This document shows, one piece after another, positions 11,473 to 21,378 of a DNA stretch of 64,000 nt. Each line of letters begins with the position of its first letter. The stretch's first letter is position 1. Under the pieces are notes generated by a model. The model saw only the letters and a program-made list of their open reading frames with translations, did no database searches and was not told where the DNA came from. The stretch covers positions 128,001 to 192,000 of the forward strand of contig CAVSGP010000005.1 of NCBI GenBank assembly GCA_963727505.1, written 5' to 3'. A program made the position numbers and the translations under genes. This DNA comes from an uncultured Trueperaceae bacterium (GTDB taxonomy: Bacteria; Deinococcota; Deinococci; Deinococcales; Trueperaceae).

Positions 11473-11739
11473 GCTTCCTCCCTCCCGGGGCCCCATCGGC
11501 CCCGGTCCGGCGCGCCGGCACACCCGGCACCGGCCAGGCGTCCGGCCCGCCGGCGCTGTCACCTCCGGTCGCCGAGGACGACCGGCGGGGCATCGAACAG
11601 CGCAACGAACAGGAACACGTAGGAGCAGGAGTCCAGCGTCGCCACCCCCTTCGGTTGTGGATGGCCCACGGTAGCACCGGCGGGGCGTCCGCACGGCTCT
11701 CCCGCACGGCTCTCCGCGGTGCCGGCGCACCGAGCTGCG

Positions 11740-11779
11740 CGTTCCGGGGCCGCGCCGCATACGACGCGGCCCCGGAACG
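11740..11779. terminator. Strong inverted repeat (probable terminator/stem-loop) downstream of the alpha/beta hydrolase
   Basis: CGTTCCGGGGCCGCG-10 nt-CGCGGCCCCGGAACG, a perfect 15-bp stem without a U-tract. Confidence 0.5.
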
Positions 11780-11815
11780 GAGACGTTGAACGGAGATGGA
11801 GGGGTTGGCTGCGCC

Positions 11816-12919
11816 CTAGCTGGACGAAGGCAGCGACACGTGCTCGAGGGTCCAACCCCGGAGGGCGTCGAGCAGCTCGGGCATGAGCTTCGGGTCGAGC
11901 TCCCCGTACTCCTGGACGCCGCCGGTCCTGGCCTTCAGGAACAGGTGGTTGGCGCCGGCGATGGTGGTGATGTCCACCTGCTCGAGCCCGGCCGAGGCTT
12001 GGAGGCCTTCCAGCGCGCCGCGGTGCTGACCCAGGTCGACCTGCACGTCGTGATCGCCGAAGATGGCCAGTGCCGGCACCCGAACGGCGCGCCAGTACGG
12101 TGCGGGATCGTGGGTCACGAACCAGTGCATCCAGGTTCGTTGCTGGGCCATGGCGGGCGCCACGAGCGCGTCCAGTGCCGCGTTGGCGTCATCGCCGAAG
12201 GCGGCACGCCGCTCCGCGGGCATCGCTTCGAGCTGCGCTTTCGCGGTGGAGCGTAGCAAGGCCTCGAGCGCCCCCCAATCCGATGCGACGTTGAGCTCGA
12301 GCATCCTGCGCGTCGTCGCGACGGTCCCGGCCAGCTGCCCCGGAGGCGTGCCGGCTGCCTCCAGCATGCGCCGTTCCTGCGTCACGAGCCCCTCGATGGG
12401 CTCGGCCATGGGCGGCGCCAGCGCCACGAAGAAGGCCACGCCGGGGTCGCGTGAGGCGAGCATGGGCGCGATCAGCGCGCCTTCACTGTGCCCGACCAGG
12501 CCGACCTGCAGCGGATCGATGTCGGGGCGGCGTTGCACGAAGCGCAGCGCGGCCTGTGTGTCGTCGGCGAGGTCGCCGGTGGTGGCCGTGAGGTTGACGC
12601 CGGTAGAGGCGCCCGCGCCGCGGTCGTCGTAACGCAGCACGGCGATGCCTGCGTTCGAGAGGGCGGAGGCGATCTCGGCGAACGGCCGGTAGCCGTCGAT
12701 GCCGGGGATGGCGCCGTCGCGGTCCTGCGGACCGCTGCCGCTGATGAGGATCACGGCCGGATGGGGGCCGGGTCCCGGCGGCAGCGTGAGGGTACCGGCG
12801 AGGGTGGCGCCGGCGCTCGTGAAGCGCACCTCCACGTCACGCGGGGACTGCGCCAGGACCGAGCTCGTTAGCAGGGCAAGGCCCACCAGGATGAGGGACG
12901 GGCGTAGGGATCGCGTCAC
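11816..12919 (-). CDS. Secreted alpha/beta hydrolase (S9/S33-like)
   Basis: Signal peptide; ISGSGPQDRDG, YDDRGAG, nucleophile GHSEG, GDHDVQV, GANHLF; AAGGAG RBS before GTG. Confidence 0.85.
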   Translation of the reverse strand: MTRSLRPSLILVGLALLTSSVLAQSPRDVEVRFTSAGATLAGTLTLPPGPGPHPAVILISGSGPQDRDGAIPGIDGYRPFAEIASALSNAGIAVLRYDDRGAGASTGVNLTATTGDLADDTQAALRFVQRRPDIDPLQVGLVGHSEGALIAPMLASRDPGVAFFVALAPPMAEPIEGLVTQERRMLEAAGTPPGQLAGTVATTRRMLELNVASDWGALEALLRSTAKAQLEAMPAERRAAFGDDANAALDALVAPAMAQQRTWMHWFVTHDPAPYWRAVRVPALAIFGDHDVQVDLGQHRGALEGLQASAGLEQVDITTIAGANHLFLKARTGGVQEYGELDPKLMPELLDALRGWTLEHVSLPSSS

Positions 12920-13512
12920 GTCGGGCTCCTTCACAGCGCAGCGTTGGCGCGGGATCGTCGGGCGCCCCGGTGCGAGCGATCCAGGGCCGCCGACGCTCGC
13001 TTCCGACCGTAGCCCCGCGCCCGGCGCGCGCACAGGGACGGGCGTCCCCTGCGCGGCTCGAAACCGGGCGGGAAGCCGAATGTCCCTTGGTCACGACGGT
13101 CGCCCCGGTCTATCACTGGGGCGAGTGCACGAACGGTCGTCGATGCGCGTGCTGTCTCGGTAGGCATCGCCATCGTCCCGCGAGCGACCCCGGTGGGCCG
13201 TGATCGCGCGACCGGTGGGGGCGTGACGCGCGTTGCACGCTCGTTCCGGCCGGAGGCGTGGTCCGCCTACCTGACCGGCCGCGTAGAGTGTCGTCGAGGG
13301 GTATGAGGGAGGTGATCGGCGAGGCGGAGTGCTCGCGCACGCGGCGGGGGCCGGAGGCCCACGCCGCGCGGGGCGAAAGCGGGCTGTCAGCATTGAGGTC
13401 GAGCAGAGAGGGCAGCCGGGGGGCCCGATACGTTCGACCGCACCTTCGCGACATGCGCACCGGAGGCGTTCGCGCCACGGATGCGCGCCGCGCGATCACC
13501 GAAGGAGTAGGT

Positions 13513-14757
13513 ATGCAACGTATCCGTATCGTGCTGGCGCTACTGCTGGCCGGTCTCATCGGGATGGCCGTCGCTCAGGACGTCACGCTGCGAGCGCTGT
13601 TCATGCAGCAGGCGGCCTACAGCGACTCCGACGTCCGCAGCATGACCGCCGACTTCGAGCAGCAACACCCCGGCGTCAAGGTCGATATCGAGTTCGTCTC
13701 CTACGAGGCGTTGCACAACAAGATCATCACCGCGGCCGCGGCCGGCGGCGGCGGCTACGACGTGGTGCTCTTCGACGTCATCTGGCCCGCCGAGTTCGCG
13801 AAGAACAACGTCCTCGTGGACATCACCGATCGCCTGTCGCAGTCGATGATCGACCAGGTCGTTCCGGGTGCCTGGACGACCGTCACGTACGACAACCACT
13901 ACTACGGCATCCCGTGGATCCTCGACACCAAGTACCTGTTCTACAACAAGGACATGCTCCAGAAGGCGGGCATCATGGCGCCGCCGACCACCTGGCAGGA
14001 GTTGCTCGACCAGGCCCAGAAGATCAAGGACGCGGGCATCGTGCAGTACCCCATCGTGTGGAGCTGGGGCCAGGCCGAGGCCATCATCTGCGACTACACC
14101 ACCCTGCTTTCGGCCTACGGCGGCAGCTTCTTCGCCATGGGGCAGCCGGTGTTCAATTCCGACGGCGGCCTGCAGGCGCTGCAGTTCATGAAGCAGTCCC
14201 TCGATAAGGGGCTCTCCAACCCGGCCTCCACCGAGTCGCTGGAAGAGGACGTGCGCCGCATCTTCTCGTCGGGCCAGGCGGCCTTCGCGTTGAACTGGAC
14301 CTACATGTACAACCTCGCCAACGACCCCAAGGAGTCGCAGGTGGCGGGGCAGGTCGACGTCGTCCCGGCACCCGGTGACGGCACCCACTCGCAGGTCTCG
14401 GCCGTCAACGGCTCCATGGGGCTGGGCATCACCACGGGCTCGACGCACCCCGACCAGGCCTACCAGTACATCGAGTACCTGACCAGCCAGTCGGTGCAGG
14501 AGAAATACGCCAAGCTGTCGCTGCCGATCTGGAAGGCGTCGTACGACAACCCGGCCGTGGCCCAGGGTCAGGAGTCGCTGATCGCGGCCGCCAAGCAGTC
14601 GCTGGCCGCCATGTACCCGCGTCCGCTGCTCATCCAGTACCCTCAGTTCAGCACCTGGCTGCAGACCGACATCCACCGCGCGCTCCTGAACCAGGCGTCG
14701 CCGCAGGAGGCTCTCGACAACACCGCCAAGCAGGTCACGCAGAACCACCTCGAGTGA
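13513..14757 (+). CDS. Sugar ABC transporter substrate-binding protein (CUT1)
   Basis: GAAGGAG RBS, signal peptide, DVIWPAEFA, LFYNKDML, typical family-1 SBP features. Confidence 0.9.
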   Translation: MQRIRIVLALLLAGLIGMAVAQDVTLRALFMQQAAYSDSDVRSMTADFEQQHPGVKVDIEFVSYEALHNKIITAAAAGGGGYDVVLFDVIWPAEFAKNNVLVDITDRLSQSMIDQVVPGAWTTVTYDNHYYGIPWILDTKYLFYNKDMLQKAGIMAPPTTWQELLDQAQKIKDAGIVQYPIVWSWGQAEAIICDYTTLLSAYGGSFFAMGQPVFNSDGGLQALQFMKQSLDKGLSNPASTESLEEDVRRIFSSGQAAFALNWTYMYNLANDPKESQVAGQVDVVPAPGDGTHSQVSAVNGSMGLGITTGSTHPDQAYQYIEYLTSQSVQEKYAKLSLPIWKASYDNPAVAQGQESLIAAAKQSLAAMYPRPLLIQYPQFSTWLQTDIHRALLNQASPQEALDNTAKQVTQNHLE

Positions 14758-14808
14758 GGCCGCGCGTCGAACGGACGCGCGCCTCCAGGACCCGGAGAGT
14801 ACGAACCT

Positions 14809-15744
14809 GTGGCCGACGACCCTGAAGGCATGGCTCGCCCCCGGCGCCCCCCCGCTCGTAGGAGCTGGGGGTTGCGTCGGGCGGCGTTGCCGTGGATGTT
14901 GCTGCTCCCCGCCCTGGTGGTGGTCGGCGGCGTCGTCGGCTATCCGTTCTTCCGCACCTTCTACCTGGGGTTCTTCAACGCACCGCTTCTCGGCAAGACC
15001 CGTACCTTCCTGGGTCTTGCCAACTATCTTCATGCCTTCCAGACGCAGGAATTTCGCGCCGCTATCGGGCACACGCTGCACTTCACGGTCGGCTCGATCG
15101 GATTGGAGCTGGTCCTGGGCGTGGCCGTGGCGCTGTTCCTCAACCGCGCCTTCCTGGGGCAGCGCTTCCTGCGCGCTCTGCTGATCCTGCCGCTGGCCCT
15201 GCCGACGGTGGTCAACGCGGTGATGTGGCGCTGGATCTACAATCCCGAGTACGGCGCGCTCAACGCGCTGCTCACGCAGCTCCACGTGCTGCCCGGCTAT
15301 CGCAGCTGGCTCGGCACCCCCGGCCTGGCCATGAACATGATCATCGTGGCCGACGTGTGGAAGAACTTCACGCTGGTCGCGCTGCTGGTGCTGGCGGCGC
15401 TGCAGACCATTCCGGTCGAGCTCCACGACGCTGCGCGCGTCGACGGCGCCAGTGGCTTCCAGCGCATGCGCTTCATCACCCTGCCAGGCATCCGTCCGGC
15501 GCTGCTGGTGGCGCTGGTGCTGCGCACGGTGGAGGCGTTGAAGGTGTTCGACATCATCTATGTGATGACCGGTGGTGGGCCGGCCAGTTCCACCAAGACG
15601 CTGTCGTTCATGGTCTACCAGGAGGCGTTCAGCTTCCTGAAGCTCGGCACGGCCGCCGCCGACGCCTTCCTGACCGTGGCGCTGATCATGGTGTTCGTGG
15701 GGATGTACATCCGGCTGCTGCAGTCGCGCGGGGTGGCGGGATGA
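14809..15744 (+). CDS. Carbohydrate ABC transporter permease
   Basis: FLGLANY, EAA-like motif LHDAARVDGAS, MTGGGP. Confidence 0.9.
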   Translation: MADDPEGMARPRRPPARRSWGLRRAALPWMLLLPALVVVGGVVGYPFFRTFYLGFFNAPLLGKTRTFLGLANYLHAFQTQEFRAAIGHTLHFTVGSIGLELVLGVAVALFLNRAFLGQRFLRALLILPLALPTVVNAVMWRWIYNPEYGALNALLTQLHVLPGYRSWLGTPGLAMNMIIVADVWKNFTLVALLVLAALQTIPVELHDAARVDGASGFQRMRFITLPGIRPALLVALVLRTVEALKVFDIIYVMTGGGPASSTKTLSFMVYQEAFSFLKLGTAAADAFLTVALIMVFVGMYIRLLQSRGVAG

Positions 15745-16628
15745 GCCGGGCGAGCACGGGCGCCGCCGGCCGTGCTCGCGGCGCCCGCAGGCGCCGCGCC
15801 GGGCTGGAAGCGGTACTGACCTACCTCGGGGCCGTCTTGCTGGCGGCGTTCATCCTGGCGCCGTTCGTGTGGTTGCTCATCTCCAGCATCGCGCCGCTCA
15901 CCGACCTCTTGCAGCGGCCGCTGCACTGGATCCCGCCGCATGCGACCTGGGAGCGCTATCAGACGATCTTCTTCGGTGCCGACGGGCGCGAGTTCCGCTT
16001 CGCGCTGCGCAACAGCGCGTTCGTCGCCGGCATCGCCACATCCATCAGCCTGGTCGCCGGGATGCTCGGTGCCTACGCGCTGTCGCGCTTTCCGAGCCGT
16101 AGCCGCACGGGGCTGCTCTACCTGATGCTGGCGACCTATATGACGCCGCCCGTGGCGATCCTGCTGCCCATCTACCTGATCCTCAGCCGCCTCGGGATGC
16201 TCAACACCGTGATCGGCCTGGCGCTCGTCTACACCTCGTTCCTGACGCCTTTCCTGACGTGGATCCTGAAGGGCTTCTTCGACTCGATCCCGGTGGAGCT
16301 GGAGGAGTCCGCGATGATCGACGGCGCGACCCGGGTGGGAGCGCTTCGGCGCGTGACGCTGCCGCTGTCGCTTCCGGGCGTCATCACCGCCGTGCTGTTC
16401 GGGGTGATCCTCGCCTGGGACGAGTTCCTCTACGCGCTGATCTTCACGTCGTCGGTGGCGGCCAAGACGCTGCCGGTGGCCATCAGCGAGTTCACCTCGC
16501 GCCATGCCGTCGACTACGGTCTGATGGCGGCAGGGGGGATCGTCGCGGCGCTGCCGCCGCTCATCCTGGCGTTCGCGTTGCAGCGCTACCTCATCGCCGG
16601 CCTCACGGCCGGTAGCGTGAAGGGGTGA
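15741..16628 (+). CDS. Carbohydrate ABC transporter permease
   Basis: ELEESAMIDGA, AWDEFLYA, GLTAGSVKG; ATGA overlap. Confidence 0.9.
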   Translation: MSRASTGAAGRARGARRRRAGLEAVLTYLGAVLLAAFILAPFVWLLISSIAPLTDLLQRPLHWIPPHATWERYQTIFFGADGREFRFALRNSAFVAGIATSISLVAGMLGAYALSRFPSRSRTGLLYLMLATYMTPPVAILLPIYLILSRLGMLNTVIGLALVYTSFLTPFLTWILKGFFDSIPVELEESAMIDGATRVGALRRVTLPLSLPGVITAVLFGVILAWDEFLYALIFTSSVAAKTLPVAISEFTSRHAVDYGLMAAGGIVAALPPLILAFALQRYLIAGLTAGSVKG

Positions 16629-17662
16629 CCGTGGATCGACGAGCCCGGGAGATGGAACTGAGCGCCGCGTTGCGGCGCGAGATCGCCGGCCAGCAGGAGG
16701 CCGTCGCCATGGCGCTGCGCGACGGCGCCCTGGCCTGGCAGCTCGACGCGCTGGCGGCGGACGTGCGAGCGTCGGGGGAGCTGCTGGTGACGGGCATGGG
16801 CGCGTCGCTCCATGCCGGCATGATTTTGGCTGAGCTGCTCCGGGAGAAGGGTCTTCGCGCCTGGGCGCTACCGACCTCGGAGCTGCTGCACTACGGCGCG
16901 GCGTTGCCGGTGCGGCCGCTGCTCCTGATCAGCCAGTCGGGCGCTTCGGTCGAGATCGAGAGGATGCTGGCGCGCGACCGGGACGGCGTGCACGCCCTGA
17001 CCCTGGACGCGGCCAGCCCGCTGGGGCGCTTCGGCGCCGCCGTCATCCCGGGCGGTCCGGAGCGCGCCTACGCCGCCACCCGGTCGTTCACGACCACCCT
17101 GGCGGCGCTCTACGGGCTGGCCGGTCGCCTGGGCGTGAATGTGGACGTGCGCGGCCTGTCGGACACGCTGGCCCCGGCGCTCGCGCCGCTGGAGGCGCTG
17201 GACGCGGCACGCGCGACGCTGCAGGGCGTCGACGCCGTGTTCGTCACGGGCCGCGGTCCTCTGCACGGCCTGGCCGAGTACGTGGCGCTGCTGTTGATGG
17301 AGCTCACGCGCGTGCCGTGCGCTGCCCTCGAAGCCGCGCAGTTCCGCCACGGTCCCAAGGAGGCGGCGGACAGGCGCCTGGGTGTGGTGGCGCTGGCCGC
17401 CCAGGGGGGGCCGGGCGATCTGGTCCGGAACTTCGCGTCGGAGCTGTCGGAGGCGGGCAGCCCCACGGTGCTGCTCGATGCCGGCGGAGTGCTGGCGAAG
17501 GCGTCCGCGGTCGTGTCCGTAGCGCTGCCGCCGTCGGACGAGCTCGCCGCCGTGCTGCCGATGGCGGTGACCGCGCAGCGGCTTGCGGTGGCGCTGGCCG
17601 AGGCGCGGGGGATCACACCAGGGGTGCCGCTGCGTTCGGAGAAGGTGACGCGGGAGGAGTGA
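16625..17662 (+). CDS. Tandem SIS-domain protein (FrlB/GlmS-isomerase/AgaS-like)
   Basis: TGMGAS, ISQSGAS, ATRSF, FRHGP, C-terminal KVTREE. Confidence 0.85.
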   Translation: MTVDRRAREMELSAALRREIAGQQEAVAMALRDGALAWQLDALAADVRASGELLVTGMGASLHAGMILAELLREKGLRAWALPTSELLHYGAALPVRPLLLISQSGASVEIERMLARDRDGVHALTLDAASPLGRFGAAVIPGGPERAYAATRSFTTTLAALYGLAGRLGVNVDVRGLSDTLAPALAPLEALDAARATLQGVDAVFVTGRGPLHGLAEYVALLLMELTRVPCAALEAAQFRHGPKEAADRRLGVVALAAQGGPGDLVRNFASELSEAGSPTVLLDAGGVLAKASAVVSVALPPSDELAAVLPMAVTAQRLAVALAEARGITPGVPLRSEKVTREE

Positions 17663-18612
17663 GCGACCGCGGCGACGTCGACGCTGGCGCCATGGGTCAT
17701 GACGCCGCGGCGCCTGCGGGGCTCCCCGTCCACCTGGTCGGCAACGTCAATCTGGACATCGTGATGGGTCCGGTGGAGCCCTGGCCCCAGCCCGGTACCG
17801 AGCGCATCGTGGAGGGTCAGGAGGTGCGGGTCGGCGGGGCGGCCGGGGTGGCGGCGATGGCGCTGCAGGCGCTGGGCGCGCCTTTCCGGTTGCACGCCCG
17901 CATCGGCGACGACGCCTTCGGCGCACGCGTGCGCGACGAGCTGGGGCCCGCCGGCGCACAACTCGAGATCGTGCCTGCCGCCACGGCGTACTCGGTGGGC
18001 GTGACACATCCCGACGGCGAACGCACCTTCTTCACCTACCTGGGGCACCTGGCGCAGCTGGACCTGGAAGGCGTCGCACGGGAACTGGAGAGCTCCGAGC
18101 CGGGGATGGTGCTGGTATGCGGCTACTTCCTGCTGCCGCCGCTGCGGCACGGGGGGGCGGTGGCGCTACTGCGTCGCGCGCGGGAGGCCGGGCACCGGGT
18201 GCTGTTCGACAGCGGCTGGCCCAGCGGAGGGTTCACGGACGCCGTGCGGCAAGAGCTCGATGGGCTGTTGCCGTCGATCGACCGCGTGCTGCCCAACGGA
18301 GCCGAAGCCCTGGGCTGGGCGGCGACGTCGCGCCTCGAGGACGCCGTCGACCACCTGCAGCGCTACGGCGCGCGCGTGACCGTCAAGCGCGGAGGCGAGG
18401 GCGCGAGCTGGCTGGAGCATGGTGAGATCGCGACCCGGACGCCGCCGCGCGTGGCCGTCGCCGATAGTGTCGGGGCGGGCGACTGCTTCAACGCGGCGTA
18501 CGTCGCAGCGCTGGCGCGCGGCGCCACGAACGCGGACGCGGTTGGCGCGGCCGTTCGCTACGCCGCCGCTGTGGTGCAGCGCCGGCCCCGGGACTACGGT
18601 TGGCAACCCTGA
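17659..18612 (+). CDS. PfkB-family carbohydrate kinase
   Basis: VGGAAG, IGDDAFG, PNGAE, DSVGAGDCFNAA. Confidence 0.9.
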   Translation: MSDRGDVDAGAMGHDAAAPAGLPVHLVGNVNLDIVMGPVEPWPQPGTERIVEGQEVRVGGAAGVAAMALQALGAPFRLHARIGDDAFGARVRDELGPAGAQLEIVPAATAYSVGVTHPDGERTFFTYLGHLAQLDLEGVARELESSEPGMVLVCGYFLLPPLRHGGAVALLRRAREAGHRVLFDSGWPSGGFTDAVRQELDGLLPSIDRVLPNGAEALGWAATSRLEDAVDHLQRYGARVTVKRGGEGASWLEHGEIATRTPPRVAVADSVGAGDCFNAAYVAALARGATNADAVGAAVRYAAAVVQRRPRDYGWQP

Positions 18613-18648
18613 CAGTACGCTCCCACCCCCGCGTGAAGGACGCGCTGC

Positions 18649-19614
18649 CTATCCAACTGCAGTGGGAGGCGCTTCCCCTGCGAAGTGCGCCGCCAGGTTT
18701 TCCAGGACCAGTTTCCCCATGGCGTCACGCGTCTCCACGGTCATGCTCGCGACGTGCGGCGTGAGGGTGACGGTGTCGAGCTGCAGGAGCGGCTGTGGCA
18801 CGTGCGGTTCGTCGTCGAACACGTCGAGCGCGGCGCCGCCGAGCATCCCGGAGCGCAGTGCTGCGATGAGAGCCGGCTCGTCGACGATGGAGCCGCGGGC
18901 GACGTTGACGAGCACGCCGGAGGGGCCGAGCGCCTCGAGCACGCCGGCGTCAATGGCCCCGCGTGTCTGTTCGTTGGCCGCGGCGCACACCACCAGGTAG
19001 TCGCTCTGTTCCGCCAGCGCGCCAAGGGATCCCGCCCGAGGAACCTCAGTGCCGTTGACGGGCCGGGGCTGATAGTAGCGGAGGTTCACGCCGAAGGGGG
19101 CGATGCGCTCCGCTACCGTCCGACCGATGCGCCCGAGACCATAGATGCCCACGGTCTTGCCTCGCAGGCTGTGCGGTGCCACCAGGTCCTTTCCCTTCTC
19201 CCAGGCACCGGCGCGCACGAAGCGGTCGAGTGCGCACACCCGGCGCGAGGCCGCCAGTAGCAGCGCCACCGCCAGGTCGGCGACGTCGTCGGTCAGCACG
19301 TCGGGGGTGTTGGTGACCTGCACGCCTCGCTGGCGCGCGGCCTCCAGGTCGACGGCGTCGACCCCCACACCAAACACGGCTACAATCTCCAAGTTTGAAA
19401 GGCGCCGCATGAGCGCCCCGCTCATGCCGACGGCGCCGTTGGTCACGGCGCCGCGCACTCTCGATGAGACACGGGCAAGGAAGGCGTCGTGCTCGGCCTG
19501 GTCGACCTGCCACAGGTGGTGGCAGGTGAAGCGCTGTTCGAGTGCTTCCATGCTGGCCTCGGACGTCAGGCGGGTGATGAGGAGAAGCTCGGGCTTATCG
19601 GTCGCTGGATCCAT
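18649..19614 (-). CDS. D-2-hydroxyacid dehydrogenase (hydroxypyruvate/glyoxylate reductase-like)
   Basis: GVGVD, TNTPDVL, GLGRIG, NVARGS, LDVFDDEP, TPHVAS. Confidence 0.92.
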   Translation of the reverse strand: MDPATDKPELLLITRLTSEASMEALEQRFTCHHLWQVDQAEHDAFLARVSSRVRGAVTNGAVGMSGALMRRLSNLEIVAVFGVGVDAVDLEAARQRGVQVTNTPDVLTDDVADLAVALLLAASRRVCALDRFVRAGAWEKGKDLVAPHSLRGKTVGIYGLGRIGRTVAERIAPFGVNLRYYQPRPVNGTEVPRAGSLGALAEQSDYLVVCAAANEQTRGAIDAGVLEALGPSGVLVNVARGSIVDEPALIAALRSGMLGGAALDVFDDEPHVPQPLLQLDTVTLTPHVASMTVETRDAMGKLVLENLAAHFAGEAPPTAVG

Positions 19615-20644
19615 CGGTGGCAAACCTCTTCAGCTTGGCGCCGCAACTGTCGCGGACGATCAGTTGCGTGGGGACGTAGCGGGTCTCGGGGGGGTCATCG
19701 GGGTGCTCCAGGCGGGCGATCAGCAGGCGAGCCGCCTCCTGTCCAACGGTCTGCGGCCGTGTGGCGACGGAGGTAAGCGCGGGCCGTGACAGTACCGCCT
19801 GCTCGAGGTCGTCGAAGCCCACCAGCGCGAAGTCGCGGCCTACCGTAAGGTCGTCGTCGGTGAGGCCAGCGATGATCCCCAGGCCGACCCGGTCGTTGTA
19901 GGCCACCGCAGCGGTGGGCGGCTCCGGTTCGGCCAGCAGGTCGCGGATCGCCTGGTAGCCAGCCCCGCGCGTGACCGGGCAGTCTACGAGGCGCTCGGCG
20001 TTCAGCCCGTGGCGCTCCATGGTGCGCTTGAAGCCAGCGTGGCGCTGTCGTGTGGCGGAGTGCGGGAGGTCACCGCCGATGAAGGCGATGCGCTCGTGAC
20101 CGAGGTCGATCAGGTGCTCCGTGGCCGTCACGGTGGCGCCGTCGAAGTCGATTCCCACGAAGTCGCCATCGCTGCCCGCGACACGCCGAAGGACTTCTAT
20201 GATCGGCGTTCCCGCCTGCCGCACGGTGTCGAGGAAGACCGCTTCGGTGCCGGCGGCAGCGCTCAGGATGAGCCCGTCGACGCCGTGCTCGCGAAGCCGC
20301 GACAAGTAGCGCTTCTGGGCTTCGGGGGACTCGCCCGTATTGACCAACAGCAGCACCCGACCCGCTTCGTCCAGCACGCGCTGGGCGCCGGCAACCATAT
20401 CGGCGAAGAAGGGGTTGGTGATGTCGCCGATCACCACGCCCACCAGCAGCGTCTGGTTGAGGCGCAGCGAGGCTGCACCCCTGTTGTAGACGTAGCCGAG
20501 CGCTGTCACAGCCTCGAGCACGCGCTCGCGAGTGGCGGGCGCCGGCAGAGAGCTGCCGCGCAGCACGAGCGACACGGTGGAGCGCGAGACGCCGGCGTGT
20601 CGCGCCAGATCGTCGAGGGTGACCCGCTTGCGGCGCACGCTCAC
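19595..20644 (-). CDS. LacI-family transcriptional regulator
   Basis: VTLDDLARHAGVSRSTVSLVL HTH, LGYVYN, VGFDD, LIVRDS. Confidence 0.93.
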   Translation of the reverse strand: MSVRRKRVTLDDLARHAGVSRSTVSLVLRGSSLPAPATRERVLEAVTALGYVYNRGAASLRLNQTLLVGVVIGDITNPFFADMVAGAQRVLDEAGRVLLLVNTGESPEAQKRYLSRLREHGVDGLILSAAAGTEAVFLDTVRQAGTPIIEVLRRVAGSDGDFVGIDFDGATVTATEHLIDLGHERIAFIGGDLPHSATRQRHAGFKRTMERHGLNAERLVDCPVTRGAGYQAIRDLLAEPEPPTAAVAYNDRVGLGIIAGLTDDDLTVGRDFALVGFDDLEQAVLSRPALTSVATRPQTVGQEAARLLIARLEHPDDPPETRYVPTQLIVRDSCGAKLKRFATDGSSDR

Positions 20645-21378
20645 TCTCGCAGCTCACCCGCGTTCAGGAACTGCTGCAGCTCCGGTGTCTCGGCCTCGCT
20701 GAAAAGCTGCTCGGGCGGACCCGACTCCCAGATCTCGCCCCTGTGCATGAACAGCACTTCGTTGGCGACGTTCTTGGCGAACCCCATCTCATGTGTCACC
20801 AGCACCATGGTCATGCCCTCGCGGGCCAGACTGCCAATGACGCGCAGCACCTCACCCGTCAGCTCGGGGTCCAGCGCGGACGTGACCTCGTCGAAGAGCA
20901 TGAGCTGTGGCTGCATCGCCAGCGAGCGCGCGATCGCAACGCGCTGCTGTTGACCGCCGGAGAGCTGCTCGGGCATGGCGTCGCGCTTGTCGCCCAGACC
21001 GACCTGGTCGAGCACGTGGTGGGCGGTCTGGCGGGCCTCGGCGCGGTTGGAGCCCTTGACGATGCGCGGTGCAATCATGACGTTCTCCTCCACGGACATG
21101 TGAGGGAACAGGTTGTAACTCTGGAACACCATGCCAACCTCGACCCGCAATGCGCGCAGCTCCTTCGGTTCCAGCGGCATGGCGTGACCGAGCACCTCGA
21201 GCTTGCCGCCGTTGATCTCCTCCAGGCCATTGATGCAGCGAAGCATCGTGCTCTTGCCCGACCCGCTTCGGCCGATGATGACCACCACACGGCCCTTGGG
21301 CACGTCGAAGGTAACGTCCGAGAGGACGGTGAGCTCGCCGAAGCGCTTGGAGACATTTTCAGCTTTGACGACCGACAT
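20641..21378 (-). CDS. Polar amino-acid ABC transporter ATP-binding protein
   Basis: GRSGSGKS, LSGGQQQRVAIAR, LFDEVTSALDPE, VTHEMGFA. Confidence 0.93.
   Translation of the reverse strand: MSVVKAENVSKRFGELTVLSDVTFDVPKGRVVVIIGRSGSGKSTMLRCINGLEEINGGKLEVLGHAMPLEPKELRALRVEVGMVFQSYNLFPHMSVEENVMIAPRIVKGSNRAEARQTAHHVLDQVGLGDKRDAMPEQLSGGQQQRVAIARSLAMQPQLMLFDEVTSALDPELTGEVLRVIGSLAREGMTMVLVTHEMGFAKNVANEVLFMHRGEIWESGPPEQLFSEAETPELQQFLNAGELRE

Noticed and set aside
11559..11670. Small hydrophobic ORF (…SCSYVFLFVALFDAPPVVLGDRR) upstream of the propeller lipoprotein
   Set aside because: Codons look plausible but there is no convincing start/RBS or family motif; cannot be supported.
13311..13500. Lysine riboswitch assignment for the structured leader
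   Set aside because: Similar length and some purine-rich words, but the conserved lysine-riboswitch core could not be aligned and the gene context does not fit.
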